Made by a program: the position numbers and the translations under genes
Notes under the pieces: model-generated
Seen by the model: the letters and a program-made list of their open reading frames with translations, nothing else
Database searches by the model: none
Told to the model about the DNA's origin: nothing
DNA from: Lentisphaerales bacterium
GTDB taxonomy: Bacteria; Verrucomicrobiota; Kiritimatiellia; SPBP01
Length of the DNA: 54,837 nt
Direction of reading: 5' to 3'
NCBI GenBank assembly: GCA_032123355.1
Contig: JAQBFM010000079.1
Location: 1 to 54,837 of the forward strand
Shown: positions 9,166 to 20,174 of the stretch, piece after piece
Layout of the letters: each line of letters opens with the position of its first letter
Numbering within the stretch: position 1 is the first letter of the stretch

Positions 9166-10314
9166 CTATCGTCTAATAAGCCCCCAGCGTGACGAGAATG
9201 GCCAGTAGACTACCACCGCAGGCCCCAACGTATTGCGAGCCTTCACGGGTCCCCAGTAACGTCCGTCAAGGCTATGCTCGGTGTTGTCACCCAGGCAAAG
9301 GTACTCATCCGGACCGAGCGTCATCTCCTGGCCTGCATCCGCAAGAAAGTCGCGCTCCTCGGGTTCGGAGCCGGTCGGCACATAGCCGTTGGGCCGGTCA
9401 GTATAGATCCCATCCCGCCGAGCAATCGCCCCGATAGCACCATCCTCGACAAGTACGCCGTTAACTTTCAGGTACGGAGGCTCTATGGCAATCTTTTCGC
9501 CCGGCAAACCGCACGTCCGCTTTATGTAGTGCTTGTTTGTGCCCAGCTTCTCAATGCCCTTCGTGATGAATACCATGACTTCACTGCGCCTCGGCGGCCT
9601 GAAGTTCCAGCTGAGCTTGTCAACAAACACATGGTCACCGGCAACCCGTATACCGGACGCGATAACAGTCTGACCCCTTACGACCGAGCTTCCTATGCCG
9701 ACTCGAAGCTGCACATTCGGTGGCAGCCCCTGCCGATAGCCGCCGTCTATCTCAATATACCCCGGCACGGGCATAACTCCGCTCGATGCCAGCTGCGCCC
9801 CCTCCTCAGCTATTCGACTCTGCGTCCCAACAGCAGTTATGACGCCAGAGTAATCAGCCTTGAGTTCCTCGTACCAATGTCCCAGTACCAACCACTTCAG
9901 GGAGTTCAACGGAAAACGATCACTGACGCCGGCTTCCCCGGCCGGAATGTAGTGTATCCCGTACAAGCTTGGCTGCATCGAACCTGTTGGAATCTTGAAA
10001 GGCTGAATGAAGTAGGCTCGAAATCCCATCGCGACAGCAAGAGCGACGGCTGCAATTTCGACGTATTCCCTGAGCACCGGAAATCTCTTACTAGGAGCAA
10101 CAGCGACAATCGCGTTCTCAAGAGCCTTCATAGCCTTTGTTATGCCGGCTCCGTCCCCGCGCTGTACCATCTCACTCATATCGCGCTCGGCGGTCCTGAG
10201 CCTCGCCATCGCTTCTGCAGGAGCTATGTCCTCGCGCATGCGTCGTACATAGCACGCATTTCTGAGCAATTCCTGCGCAGCCTTCCTTTGCCGTCGATCA
10301 ACACGCTGTTGCAT
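9166..10314 (-). CDS. lepB: Signal peptidase I with long N-terminal region and insertion
   Basis: QPFKIPTGSMQP (catalytic Ser), GDHVFVDK, YIKR (Lys), LGDNTEHSLDGRYWG; follows lepA. Confidence 0.93.
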   Translation of the reverse strand: MQQRVDRRQRKAAQELLRNACYVRRMREDIAPAEAMARLRTAERDMSEMVQRGDGAGITKAMKALENAIVAVAPSKRFPVLREYVEIAAVALAVAMGFRAYFIQPFKIPTGSMQPSLYGIHYIPAGEAGVSDRFPLNSLKWLVLGHWYEELKADYSGVITAVGTQSRIAEEGAQLASSGVMPVPGYIEIDGGYRQGLPPNVQLRVGIGSSVVRGQTVIASGIRVAGDHVFVDKLSWNFRPPRRSEVMVFITKGIEKLGTNKHYIKRTCGLPGEKIAIEPPYLKVNGVLVEDGAIGAIARRDGIYTDRPNGYVPTGSEPEERDFLADAGQEMTLGPDEYLCLGDNTEHSLDGRYWGPVKARNTLGPAVVVYWPFSSRWGLIRR

Positions 10315-10339
10315 TGGTCCCCTTCCCGCCCACCTTACG

Positions 10340-12145
10340 TCAATAGTTTCCAGTAAGAATCGACATGAACGCCTTTTGCGGCACGTTCACCTTGCCGACC
10401 TGCTTCATCCGCTTCTTGCCGGCTTTCTGTCGTTCGAGCAGTTTACGCTTTCGCGTAACATCTCCTCCATAACATTTCGCCGTAACATCCTTCCTCAGAG
10501 CCCGGATTGTCTCCCGGGCAATAATGCTCCGGTTGATCGCAGCCTGGACAGGTATGGAAAACATGTGTGGTGGAATGACATCCTTCAGCACTTTGCACAT
10601 CTGGCGTCCACGCGATGCAGCCTTTGACCTGTGAACCATGCACGAGAACGCGTCAACAGGCTCTTCATTCAGCAGAATGTCCAGTTTCACGACATCACTC
10701 GTTTCATAGCCCGAATGCTCATAATCCATTGATGCATAACCGTGGCTGACACTCTTAAGTTGATCGTGAAATTCTACCAGGATCTCATTCAAAGGCAGCC
10801 TGCTGGACAGCATCACTCGCTTCGTATCAAGAGAGTCGGTCCTCTCGAGGATGCCTCGCTTGTCGAGAAGGAGCTTCATTATATCGCCGATGTTTTCATT
10901 ATTGCAGAGCATTGAAGCCTTGATCATCGGCTCTTCAATACGCTCGATACGGGTCAGTTCCGGCATGAACGCCGGGTTATCAATCATACTCACAGTTCCA
11001 TCCTTCATGTGGATCCTGTAGATAACCGAGGGGTATGTATTGATTATGTCGACATCAAACTCCCGTCTCAGCCGCTCTTGCACAATTTCCATGTGAAGCA
11101 GACCCAGAAACCCGCATCTGAACCCGAAACCGAGGATGGTCGACGATTCTGCCTGGTACGAGAAAGCGCTGTCGTTGAGGCTGAGCTTGTCCATGCTGTG
11201 CTTCAGCTTCTCATAGTCTTCCGAGCTAACTGGATATACCCCGCTGAAAACCATTGGACGTACAATCTGGAAGCCCGGCAATGCTTCGCGCGCCGGATGA
11301 TCGACGGTTGTCACAGTGTCGCCGATACTGAGATCCGACGGCTTCCTGATGGTCGCAACCATGTAACCTACCTCGCCGGACTCAAGAGACGTAGTCTCCT
11401 CAGGCTCCGGCCTGAAGACGCCCACCTCCTTCACCTCTGAAGCGCAGTTTGTAGCCAGCATCCGGATACGATCCTTCTTCTGAAGCCTCCCGTCCTTAAC
11501 CCTGACGTAAGCCACCACGCCTCTGTACGTATCGTAGACTGAATCAAAAATCAGTGCCCGTGTGCCGACATCGGCAGTCTCTGCCGGAGGTCGAATTCTC
11601 TTCACTACAGCCTCCAGCACCGCCGCGACCCCCTCCCCCGTCTTCGCGCTCACGAGCAGGGCATCGTCCATGCTGATCGCCAGGATTTCCTCAACCTGGC
11701 GCATCGTTCTTCCAACGTCCGCGCCTGGCAGATCAATCTTGTTAACCACGGGTATCAACGTGAGATTGTTAAGAACCGCAAGGTGCGTGTTTGCCACCGT
11801 TTGAGCCTCTACACCTTGCGCTGCATCAATCACAAGGATTGCGCCCTCACAGGCCGCCATGCTTCGGGAGACTTCGTATCCAAAATCGACGTGCCCCGGT
11901 GTGTCTATCAGGTTAAGCAGGTACGTCTTTCCATCCTCCGCCACATAGTTCATTGCGACCGGATGCGACTTGATGGTGATCCCGCGTTCCCTTTCAAGAT
12001 CCATGCTGTCAAGTACCTGATCCCGGAACTCACGATCGGCAACACTATTCGTCAATTGAAGCATACGATCAGCCAGGGTTGACTTGCCGTGATCAATGTG
12101 GGCAATGATGCAGAAATTACGGATACTCGCGATGTTTCCGTTCAT
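10340..12145 (-). CDS. lepA: Translation elongation factor 4 (LepA)
   Basis: IAHIDHGKSTLADR, RERGITIK, DTPGHVDF, GFRCGFLGLLHMEI, KCYGGDVTRKRKLL. Confidence 0.99.
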   Translation of the reverse strand: MNGNIASIRNFCIIAHIDHGKSTLADRMLQLTNSVADREFRDQVLDSMDLERERGITIKSHPVAMNYVAEDGKTYLLNLIDTPGHVDFGYEVSRSMAACEGAILVIDAAQGVEAQTVANTHLAVLNNLTLIPVVNKIDLPGADVGRTMRQVEEILAISMDDALLVSAKTGEGVAAVLEAVVKRIRPPAETADVGTRALIFDSVYDTYRGVVAYVRVKDGRLQKKDRIRMLATNCASEVKEVGVFRPEPEETTSLESGEVGYMVATIRKPSDLSIGDTVTTVDHPAREALPGFQIVRPMVFSGVYPVSSEDYEKLKHSMDKLSLNDSAFSYQAESSTILGFGFRCGFLGLLHMEIVQERLRREFDVDIINTYPSVIYRIHMKDGTVSMIDNPAFMPELTRIERIEEPMIKASMLCNNENIGDIMKLLLDKRGILERTDSLDTKRVMLSSRLPLNEILVEFHDQLKSVSHGYASMDYEHSGYETSDVVKLDILLNEEPVDAFSCMVHRSKAASRGRQMCKVLKDVIPPHMFSIPVQAAINRSIIARETIRALRKDVTAKCYGGDVTRKRKLLERQKAGKKRMKQVGKVNVPQKAFMSILTGNY

Positions 12146-12822
12146 CGACGCGCTCGCTCGGCGGCGATCCGCATGTCTGAAATTCCGGCTTTCATATCTG
12201 AAAGTCCGTAAAGAGCAGTTCCCGCCACAAAGGAATTAGCGCCGCTGGCCGCGCAAAGCGCCGCTGTCTTCATGTTGATTCCGCCATCAACCATGATATC
12301 CGTCTCCAGCTTGTCGGAGTTGAGACGTTCCCTGATCGTCCGTATCTTAGGAAGAACCGACTCGATGAAATCTTGACCACCGTACCCGGGATGAACAGTC
12401 ATGCACAGGATTTCACTGGCCTGCCCGATGTACGGGAACACCGCCTCCGCCTCAGTCTCCGGATTCAAGGTGATTCCAGGTCGGACGCCCAGTTCGGCGA
12501 TCAGCTTAAGCAGCCCCTGTTTATCGCAGGTTACGGCTTCTTCAACATGAACAAAGATGGTCGAGGCACCAGCCTTCGCAAATCTCGCAATCATCTGCTC
12601 CGGGCTTGTAACCATGAGGTGTACGCTTAGCGGTATCTTCACCGACCTGCGCGCCATCTCAACCACATCAGGACCCATGCTCAGATTCGGAACAAAATGC
12701 CCATCCATGATGTCGATATGCAGTTCATCGGCGCCGGAAAGCTCAGCAAGCCGCGCACCGGCTTCGAGTTTACCGAAATCGGCAGCTAACAGTGACGGCA
12801 GTATCTTGATGCTAAGGCTCAT
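12142..12822 (-). CDS. rpe: Ribulose-phosphate 3-epimerase
   Basis: PSLLAADF, HIDIMDGHFVPN, HLMV, MTVHPGYGGQ, VDGGI. Confidence 0.97.
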   Translation of the reverse strand: MSLSIKILPSLLAADFGKLEAGARLAELSGADELHIDIMDGHFVPNLSMGPDVVEMARRSVKIPLSVHLMVTSPEQMIARFAKAGASTIFVHVEEAVTCDKQGLLKLIAELGVRPGITLNPETEAEAVFPYIGQASEILCMTVHPGYGGQDFIESVLPKIRTIRERLNSDKLETDIMVDGGINMKTAALCAASGANSFVAGTALYGLSDMKAGISDMRIAAERARR

Positions 12823-12832
12823 CAGGACCGGG

Positions 12833-12841
12833 AATATACCA
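12833..12841 (-). promoter_or_regulatory. Extended -10 promoter for rpe-lepA-lepB
   Basis: Minus strand TG-G-TATATT, 10 nt before the rpe ATG; no clear -35. Confidence 0.45.
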
Positions 12842-12901
12842 GAGATTCCTCAGCTCGGGCGAGAACAAACCCGCATGACCGGTGGGATACACTCAGCACC
12901 G

Positions 12902-12930
12902 TTGACACGACAAGCCGGCCACCATACCAT
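12902..12930 (+). promoter_or_regulatory. sigma70-type promoter for pdp-punA
   Basis: TTGACA-17 bp-TACCAT, ATG 7 nt later. Confidence 0.7.
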
Positions 12931-12936
12931 TCCTGA

Positions 12937-14262
12937 ATGAGCATGCTTCCACAATGGATAATCGAAAAGAAGCGTGACGGCGAACCACTGGTTGAATCCG
13001 AGATCCGGGATTTTATACAGGGCTACACCACCGGCCTCATACCTGACTACCAGATGTCCGCTCTGGCAATGGCCATCTTCTTCAACGGAATGAGCTCCGA
13101 AGAGACCTCACTCCTGACTCGCGCAATGCTGGAATCCGGAGAAACCGTCAACACCTCATCAATAACCCGCCCGAAGATCGACAAGCATTCGAGCGGCGGG
13201 ATCGGGGACAAGGTCTCCATCGTTCTTGGACCTCTTGCAGCTGCCTGTGGCCTGGCCGTTCCAATGATCTCCGGCAGGGGCCTCGGAATTACAGGCGGTA
13301 CACTGGATAAGCTCGAGTCAATTCCCGGGTACCGTACCGCACTGAGCAGCAAGGAGTTCGTTGATATCGTGGGCAAGTGCGGCTGTTCCATAACCGCTCA
13401 GACGCCCAGGATCGTGCCGGCGGATCGTAAGCTCTATGCGCTGCGCGACGTTACAGGCACCGTTCCATCCATTCCGCTCATCGTGGCAAGTATCATGAGC
13501 AAGAAACTGGCTGCCGGCCTTGATGGTCTCGTACTCGACATCAAGTGTGGAACCGGTGCATTCATGAAAACCCGCGCGGATGCATGCTCACTCGGATCTG
13601 CGCTGGTCGAGGTGGGTCGAAGTACCGGGCTGCCGACCCGTGCTCTTGTCACTGACATGAACCAACCTATCGGACGTACTGCAGGGAACGCACTGGAGAT
13701 CGTTGAATCAATCGAAACACTTCGTGGTAACGGACCCGAAGACCTTGTGACACTCACCATTGCGCTATGTGCCAGGATGCTTGTACTCGCCCGCGCCAAA
13801 CGCGATCTCGCTACCGCAAGCGACTATGCCGCTCGAACATTGAAGTCCGGGAAGGCCCTCGGGGTGTTCGCCGATATGCTAGCCTTGCATGGCGGCGAGC
13901 GGGGCGTGATTGACGATCCGTCACTGTTGCCCAGGGCTCGCGTGGTGAAGCCGATCATGGCCGCGAGCACCGGTTTCGTATCCCGCGTTGACGCGGAGAA
14001 GATCGGCAAGGCATGTCTCGTGCTCGGCGCCGGTCGCAGACTTACAACCGATACCGTTGACCATGCCGTCGGGGTTTCAGACATGGTCAAGGTCGGTGAG
14101 CACGTCACTGCCGGTCAATCGCTTGCAACCCTTCACTCGAATCGGGATGATGCGATGTTTGAGGCGGAAGAACTTGCTGCTGCTGCATTCAGTATTGCCG
14201 GGGCCGCAGTCTCAACTGCGCAGCCGCTCATCATCGAAGAACTCACGGGGGAAGACTCATGA
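12937..14262 (+). CDS. pdp: Pyrimidine-nucleoside/thymidine phosphorylase
   Basis: KKRDG, DKHSSGGIGDK, ISGRGLGITGGTLDKLESIPG, ASIMSKKLA, LDIKCGTGAFMK. Confidence 0.95.
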   Translation: MSMLPQWIIEKKRDGEPLVESEIRDFIQGYTTGLIPDYQMSALAMAIFFNGMSSEETSLLTRAMLESGETVNTSSITRPKIDKHSSGGIGDKVSIVLGPLAAACGLAVPMISGRGLGITGGTLDKLESIPGYRTALSSKEFVDIVGKCGCSITAQTPRIVPADRKLYALRDVTGTVPSIPLIVASIMSKKLAAGLDGLVLDIKCGTGAFMKTRADACSLGSALVEVGRSTGLPTRALVTDMNQPIGRTAGNALEIVESIETLRGNGPEDLVTLTIALCARMLVLARAKRDLATASDYAARTLKSGKALGVFADMLALHGGERGVIDDPSLLPRARVVKPIMAASTGFVSRVDAEKIGKACLVLGAGRRLTTDTVDHAVGVSDMVKVGEHVTAGQSLATLHSNRDDAMFEAEELAAAAFSIAGAAVSTAQPLIIEELTGEDS

Positions 14263-15104
14263 ATATGCAGCTTCTTGACGACGCACTGAATAGTGTTCGA
14301 TCTCATCTAACCGGCAACGAACCGCGGTGCGCCGTAGTTCTCGGGTCCGGCTGCAGCCAGGCCGCTGACTTCGTGCAAGCGGAGGCCACCATCGCTTACG
14401 CCGCGATCCCCGGGCTTGGAAAGCCCGGCGTTCAGGGACATGCCGGGCATCTCGTGTACGGACGCAGTTCCGGCCTACCCACGCTGGTGTTCTGCGGCAG
14501 ACGTCACTGGTATGAAGGCGAAGGCTGGGAACCCATCGCGATTCCCATATATATCTGTGCGAAGCTTGGCGTCCGAATCATTGTCCTGACTAATGCTGCG
14601 GGAGGGATCCGCGGTGACCTGGAGCCGGGCAACGTGATGATAATCAAGGACCACATTAACCTGATGGGATCGAATCCGTTACTCGGCATGCACGACGATG
14701 TCTGGGGACCGCGTTTCCCGGATCAAAGTGCCGTTTACGATCCCGGACTCCGCTCCATACTGGAGCACGCTGCAAGGGAGGCGGGACTAAGCCCCGCTTG
14801 CGGCACATACATGGGCGTCAACGGACCGACATACGAAACCCCCGCTGAAATCGATGCCTTTGAGCGACTCGGCGCGGATGCGATCGGCATGTCAACTGTG
14901 CCGGAATCGATCCTGGCTAACGCCGCGGGCATCAAGGTCGGCGGCCTCTCCTGTATAGCGAACCAGACGCGCGGCCGAACCGACAAAGCTGTATCGCACT
15001 CGGAAGTCCTGTGCACAGTCGAGGAGTCAGCGCGCAACATCTCAAAGATGCTTGTCGCCGCATGGCGCGCACTGTCGGAGGATCACTCTGGACTCCTTGC
15101 CTGA
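14259..15104 (+). CDS. punA: Purine-nucleoside phosphorylase (trimeric type)
   Basis: VVLGSG, GHAG, GRRHWYEG, TNAAGG, GPTYETPAE, GMSTVPE, N-terminal ATGA overlap with pdp. Confidence 0.92.
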   Translation: MNMQLLDDALNSVRSHLTGNEPRCAVVLGSGCSQAADFVQAEATIAYAAIPGLGKPGVQGHAGHLVYGRSSGLPTLVFCGRRHWYEGEGWEPIAIPIYICAKLGVRIIVLTNAAGGIRGDLEPGNVMIIKDHINLMGSNPLLGMHDDVWGPRFPDQSAVYDPGLRSILEHAAREAGLSPACGTYMGVNGPTYETPAEIDAFERLGADAIGMSTVPESILANAAGIKVGGLSCIANQTRGRTDKAVSHSEVLCTVEESARNISKMLVAAWRALSEDHSGLLA

Positions 15105-15116
15105 CCACACTAGCTT

Positions 15117-16505
15117 ATGACTTCCAACACCATAGCGAGTACCGACCAGCAGGATATCGACTGGATGGCGGCGCACGTCGATCCGGATGCTACCGCTATT
15201 GTGGCAAGATTACAGAACGCCGGACACACCGCTTATCTTGCAGGCGGATGCGTCAGGGACCTCCTCCTCCGGCTCACGCCGAAGGATTTCGACATTGCCA
15301 CAAGTGCAAGACCAGACTCAGTACTCGCCTTGTTCCCCGATGCTATCGAGACTGGACGCTCCTTCGGCGTGATCCGCGTCCCTGTAGATAGCCGATCCTT
15401 CGAAATCGCGACTTTCAGAAAAGACCACGCTTATGCCGATGGGCGACATCCGAGTTCTGTTTCATTCTCCGACGCCCGGACCGATGCTGAACGTCGCGAC
15501 TTCACAATCAACGCGCTCTTCTATGATCCCGCTGCAAACAGTTTGATCGACTTCGTTGCAGGTATGGCCGACCTGCACGGTCGCCTCGTGCGTGCCGTGG
15601 GAGACCCAGATGCTCGTTTCCGAGAAGATCATCTGCGTCTTCTCCGAGGGCCACGCTTCGCCGCAGTTCTTGGTTTTGAGATTGGAGAGTCTACACGGCA
15701 GGCAATCCAACGTAACGCGGGTCTCCTTTCCAGCGTGTCGTCCGAAAGAATCTGCGAGGAGTTCAGCCGCATCCTCCTGGAGTCGCCAAGGCCGGGCAAG
15801 GCCATGCGGATGCTTCTAGACCTGCAGTTACTTGACTCATTTCTGCCCGAAGCCTGCAGGATGTCGGGACAGGCCCAGAACGAAGTCCATCATCCCGAGG
15901 GCGATGTATTCACGCACACAGCTCTAATGCTGGACAACATGCGATCTCCTGACCTTGCACTTGCGCTTGCGGTCCTCTTTCATGACATTGGGAAACCGGC
16001 TGTCGTAGAACACTCCAGGGGCTATCCATCATTTCCAAACCACGCCGCCGCAGGTGCAGATATCACCCGTAGTGCCATAGACAGGCTCAGGTTTCCTGTC
16101 CATCTCCGTGATGACGTCTCCGCAATTGTCCGGAACCACATGAAATATATGGACGTCCAGAAAATGCGGAACTCAACGCTACGACGATTAATGGGTGCAC
16201 ATACGTTTCGGACGGAACTCGAGTTGCACAGGCTCGATTGCGCCTGTAGCCATGGCAAACTCTCCAACTATCGATTCCTGATCGAGCGGCTCAAGGAATT
16301 TGAGGCCGAGCCAGTTCTTCCTGCGCCGTGGGTCTCTGGCAACGATATCATGCAGATGGGTATTCCCCAAGGGCCTGAAGTCGGCTACTGGCGAAGGCTC
16401 GCCTACGATCTGCAGCTTGACGGCGCAATTTCTGACCGCGGCAGCCTGCTCGCCCGTATCGCGTACGATATCAAATCGGGCAGCCGCCCCCCTTTTCCGT
16501 TGTAA
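15117..16505 (+). CDS. cca: Class II CCA-adding tRNA nucleotidyltransferase with HD domain
   Basis: GGCVRDLL, KDFDIAT, RRDFTINA, EDHLR, HPEGDVFTH, LFHDIGKP. Confidence 0.8.
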   Translation: MTSNTIASTDQQDIDWMAAHVDPDATAIVARLQNAGHTAYLAGGCVRDLLLRLTPKDFDIATSARPDSVLALFPDAIETGRSFGVIRVPVDSRSFEIATFRKDHAYADGRHPSSVSFSDARTDAERRDFTINALFYDPAANSLIDFVAGMADLHGRLVRAVGDPDARFREDHLRLLRGPRFAAVLGFEIGESTRQAIQRNAGLLSSVSSERICEEFSRILLESPRPGKAMRMLLDLQLLDSFLPEACRMSGQAQNEVHHPEGDVFTHTALMLDNMRSPDLALALAVLFHDIGKPAVVEHSRGYPSFPNHAAAGADITRSAIDRLRFPVHLRDDVSAIVRNHMKYMDVQKMRNSTLRRLMGAHTFRTELELHRLDCACSHGKLSNYRFLIERLKEFEAEPVLPAPWVSGNDIMQMGIPQGPEVGYWRRLAYDLQLDGAISDRGSLLARIAYDIKSGSRPPFPL

Positions 16506-16565
16506 ACACCTGCGTCGGCCTGTAATGTGCTCCAATTCGATATCTCACTACCCGGAGGCGCGCCG

Positions 16566-16916
16566 ATGCTTTTGACATTATTGAAATCAAAGCTGCACGG
16601 AGCAGTTGTAACATCCTTGAATCCCGACTACGAGGGAAGCATTACGATAGACTCGCAGTTGATGAAAGCGGCTGGAATTATCCTTCACGAGAAGGTACTT
16701 GTAGCAAACGCGGTCAATGGCAACCGATTCGAAACCTACGCGATTCCTGCTGATGAAGGGTCTCGGGAAATCTGCCTGAACGGACCCGCCACACGGCTGG
16801 GAAGTGTTGGGGATCGCCTGATTATCTTCACTTTTGCGCACATGCCCGGCGAAGAAGCGCAGAAATGGCATCCGACGGTTGTTGTGCTCGATCCAGAAAA
16901 TCGCCCGGTGCTATAG
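16566..16916 (+). CDS. panD: Aspartate 1-decarboxylase
   Basis: KSKLH, YEG/SITID autocleavage site (G24-S25), GNRFETY, CLNG. Confidence 0.96.
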   Translation: MLLTLLKSKLHGAVVTSLNPDYEGSITIDSQLMKAAGIILHEKVLVANAVNGNRFETYAIPADEGSREICLNGPATRLGSVGDRLIIFTFAHMPGEEAQKWHPTVVVLDPENRPVL

Positions 16917-16930
16917 CCGTCACCGATCTT

Positions 16931-18181
16931 CTACGCGCTCCGAGCTCGAGGGAGTTCTTTCACTCGACCCAATGATGTCGTCCTGCGATCAACCATCGTC
17001 TTGGTGATTCTCAGTGACCGCACCTTCTTGATCCTCGGCGCCTCGAACATTACTTCCAACATAATCTCCTCAAGTATTGAGCGAAGCCCGCGTGCCCCTG
17101 TTTTCTTCTTGAGCGCCGCACGAGCAAGTGAGCGCAAAGCACTGTCCGTGAACGCAAGCTCAATACCTTCCATTGCAAGCAACTTCTGGTACTGACGCAC
17201 CATACAGTTTCTTGGTTCGATCAGAATTCTGACCAGATCAGATTCACTCAGGTCGCCGAGTGTCGTAATTACCGGAAGTCGTCCTATGAACTCAGGGATG
17301 AGCCCGAACTTCAGAAGATCCTCAGGCTCAATCGCAGACTCATTGCCCGGCGTGGACCCTGCCCCGCTGGAAAACCCAAGTGCGCTCTCTCCCACTCGCC
17401 GTTTGACAACATCCGACAAACCCACAAAGGCGCCTCCGCAAATGAAGAGAATGCGCTCCGTGTTTATCCGGATATATTCCTGCTGCGGGTGTTTCCTTCC
17501 GCCCTGCGGCGCCACCGAGGCCGTCGTGCCCTCGAGAATCTTCAGCAGTGCCTGTTGCACTCCTTCGCCTGAGACGTCTCTGGTAATCGATACATTTTCC
17601 GTACGTCGAGTGATCTTGTCGATTTCGTCAATGTAGACGATGCCCGTTTCTGCCCGGGCTATGTCATTGTCAGCTGCCTGTATAAGCCGCAACAGGATGT
17701 TTTCGACATCCTCCCCAACATAACCTGCCTCGGTCAGGGTTGTGGCATCAGAGATACTGAAAGGCACATCGAGACACTTGGCCAGTGTCCGGGCCAGCAA
17801 GGTTTTCCCGCAGCCCGTAGGCCCGATCAGCAGCACATTGCTCTTCTCAATTTCAACGTCATCATAGCGGCTGTCACCCTTGACATCTCCTGCCTGGGTA
17901 ATTCGCTTGTAGTGATTGTGCACAGCGACGGACAGGACTTTCTTGGTATGCTCCTGCCCTACCACATACCGATCTAGATATGCGGCGATCTCATGAGGCT
18001 TGGGAACCGTCAGTTTGCGTGGGCCCGTTGTGCGTTCGCCCTCATGCTCCTTCAGCATCGACTGACACAGAAGAACGCACTGATCGCATATACTTCCTCT
18101 AGTTCCGTCGATCAGCCTTCTGACATCGTCAGCAGCTCGTCCGCAGAAGGAGCACGCCGATTTATCGTGTGTACGACTCAT
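16931..18181 (-). CDS. clpX: ATP-dependent Clp protease ATP-binding subunit ClpX
   Basis: CSFCG zinc finger, [37 protein letters not shown]. Confidence 0.99.
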   Translation of the reverse strand: MSRTHDKSACSFCGRAADDVRRLIDGTRGSICDQCVLLCQSMLKEHEGERTTGPRKLTVPKPHEIAAYLDRYVVGQEHTKKVLSVAVHNHYKRITQAGDVKGDSRYDDVEIEKSNVLLIGPTGCGKTLLARTLAKCLDVPFSISDATTLTEAGYVGEDVENILLRLIQAADNDIARAETGIVYIDEIDKITRRTENVSITRDVSGEGVQQALLKILEGTTASVAPQGGRKHPQQEYIRINTERILFICGGAFVGLSDVVKRRVGESALGFSSGAGSTPGNESAIEPEDLLKFGLIPEFIGRLPVITTLGDLSESDLVRILIEPRNCMVRQYQKLLAMEGIELAFTDSALRSLARAALKKKTGARGLRSILEEIMLEVMFEAPRIKKVRSLRITKTMVDRRTTSLGRVKELPRARSA

Positions 18182-18807
18182 GTGTCCATTTTCTTCCGCG
18201 ACGCTTTCCTGGTTACTTCAGGCAGGACTTCATCCACAAGCCCATATTCTCTGGCCTGCTCAGCCGACATGAAGAAATCGCGATCCGTGTCTTGCGCCAC
18301 GGCGTCGTCGCTTTTGCCCGTATGCGTAGCCAAAATGTGGTTTACCATGTCCTTCAGGCGCAGAATTTCGCGGGCCTGGATGCTGATATCCGTAGCCTGC
18401 CCCTGCGCGCCACCCCACGGTTGATGAATCATGATGCGGGCATTAGGCAGTGCGAACCGCTTCTTCTTCGTGCCGGCAGCCAGCAGCAGGGCGGCAATAC
18501 TTGCCGCCTGGCCAACGCAGTAGGTTGCAACATCGCATTTCAAGTATTGGATCGTGTCGTATATGGCCAATCCGGCCGTAACAACACCCCCTGGGGAGTT
18601 GATATAGACACTCACGTCCTTCTCGGCGTCTTCACTTTGCAGGAAGAGAAGCTGGGCAACAACCACATTGCTTACCTCGTCCGATATCCCCGTGCCGATG
18701 AAGATAATACGATCTTTCAGCAGCCTCGAAAAAATATCATAAGCCCGCTCACCGCGCGCCGACTGCTCCACTACAAAGGGAACCAGCATTTGATCACGTT
18801 CTTTCAT
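18178..18807 (-). CDS. clpP: ATP-dependent Clp protease proteolytic subunit
   Basis: [37 protein letters not shown]; SD aaaggag before ATG 18807. Confidence 0.98.
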   Translation of the reverse strand: MKERDQMLVPFVVEQSARGERAYDIFSRLLKDRIIFIGTGISDEVSNVVVAQLLFLQSEDAEKDVSVYINSPGGVVTAGLAIYDTIQYLKCDVATYCVGQAASIAALLLAAGTKKKRFALPNARIMIHQPWGGAQGQATDISIQAREILRLKDMVNHILATHTGKSDDAVAQDTDRDFFMSAEQAREYGLVDEVLPEVTRKASRKKMDT

Positions 18808-18833
18808 TCCAACTCCTTTCGAGTATGAGAGCA

Positions 18834-20138
18834 TCACTTCTTCTTGATCTTCGCCAGTGAAAGGGCATAGTCCAACGCTTTCTCGCTCTTAATGCCCTTC
18901 CTGACATCATCGAGCCCATCCCTCTGTTCCAGATTCGCACGAAGCACAGCAGGATCCGCGCCATGCCGCTCGGCCATAATCTCTATATGCTTCCCGACCT
19001 CATCCTCACCAACCGAGATCCCTGCCTCATCCGCGATTCGCTCAAGAATGTAGCCAAGTTTTACACGTTCCGTTGCAGACCGCGTCGCCTCGGCCAGGAT
19101 GCCGTCGCGCTCCTTCTCTATCTCCTCCTTCGATACGCCGCGGGAGGTGTTCGACATGACAATGTCCTGCACAATTCTTCTTGTCTCTTCGCTCACGAGA
19201 GACTCGGGAACATCAATATTGGTATGCTTCAGGAGATGCTCCGCCAGCACGTTCTTTCTCCGCCTGGTCTCAGCCTGCTCAGCAGCCGACCGAAGACCGT
19301 TACGAGCCTTCTCCCGAAGCTCCGCCGCAGATCCCACTTTCAACGTCTTGAGAAACTCTTCGTCCAGTTCAGGCAGCTTCCTGGCTTTCACCTCCTTCAG
19401 GGAGACGTCATATGACGCAGATCTGCCGCGCAAGGATTCGATACGGTAGTCGCCCGGAAACTCGACGCTGACCTCGCGAGTTTCTCCAACCTTCATGCCG
19501 TCAATACCCTTGGACAGTCCGGGAATCGCCTCACGCGCATCTCCGATCATCATCCAGAAATCCGCGCCCTTCCCCACCCATGCAGCTTCCTTGGCAAGCG
19601 CCGTCAGCGGCCTTTCGTCAACGGTGGCCGTGAAATCCACCTTCACAGCGTCTCCCGTCGTAGCCGCCCTGTCGTCCGCGTCTTCGAATGTTGAAAACTT
19701 TTCTCTCACCTCTCTGATGGCATCATCAACCCGTTCTTCCGATGGCTCCATCGGCTCACCCTTGACGCGTATCCCTTTGTACTTCGGCGTTTTGAACTTC
19801 GGAGGAATGTCCACCGTCGCAGTAAACGACAATCCCTTGCCGTCTTCCATGCTCACGTTCTTAACGTCGACCACAGCCACCGCATCCACGCCCTCGGAAG
19901 CAATCGCCTCCCTGTAGCACTTCGGAAGCATGTGTTTGCGAAGTTCTTCCTGGATTGCGTCTGCGTATTTTCGCTCCACGATACTCGCCGGTGCCTTGCC
20001 CTTTCTGAATCCGGGAATTGTCGTCCCACTCCTGAACTCCTCGACAATCGTCTTGCGCTCAGCCTCAAGCACTGACGCATCAACCTCGATTTCGAGAGCC
20101 CGCCTGCAAGGGCCGGCCGGCCGAATCTTGACCTTCAT
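18834..20138 (-). CDS. tig: Trigger factor
   Basis: [10 protein letters not shown] ribosome-binding motif, FKBP-like middle domain, tig-clpP-clpX order. Confidence 0.96.
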   Translation of the reverse strand: MKVKIRPAGPCRRALEIEVDASVLEAERKTIVEEFRSGTTIPGFRKGKAPASIVERKYADAIQEELRKHMLPKCYREAIASEGVDAVAVVDVKNVSMEDGKGLSFTATVDIPPKFKTPKYKGIRVKGEPMEPSEERVDDAIREVREKFSTFEDADDRAATTGDAVKVDFTATVDERPLTALAKEAAWVGKGADFWMMIGDAREAIPGLSKGIDGMKVGETREVSVEFPGDYRIESLRGRSASYDVSLKEVKARKLPELDEEFLKTLKVGSAAELREKARNGLRSAAEQAETRRRKNVLAEHLLKHTNIDVPESLVSEETRRIVQDIVMSNTSRGVSKEEIEKERDGILAEATRSATERVKLGYILERIADEAGISVGEDEVGKHIEIMAERHGADPAVLRANLEQRDGLDDVRKGIKSEKALDYALSLAKIKKK

Positions 20139-20174
20139 TCCCGTGCTCCCTCTTCTGTCCCTCATTTGCGGCCA

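Noticed and set aside
9274-10356. Long antisense ORFs (9274-10356, 18169-18828, 20313-21224, 25528-26340, 41034-41846, 53201-54145, 2502-3362 and similar)
   Set aside because: They are shadows of well-supported genes on the opposite strand in GC-rich DNA and show no recognisable motifs
15117-16505. Poly(A) polymerase PcnB
   Set aside because: Lacks the PAP signature (L/V)(I/V)G(R/K)RF; has TGRSFGV and an HD domain as in CCA-adding enzymes. CC- or A-only specificity cannot be excluded by eye.
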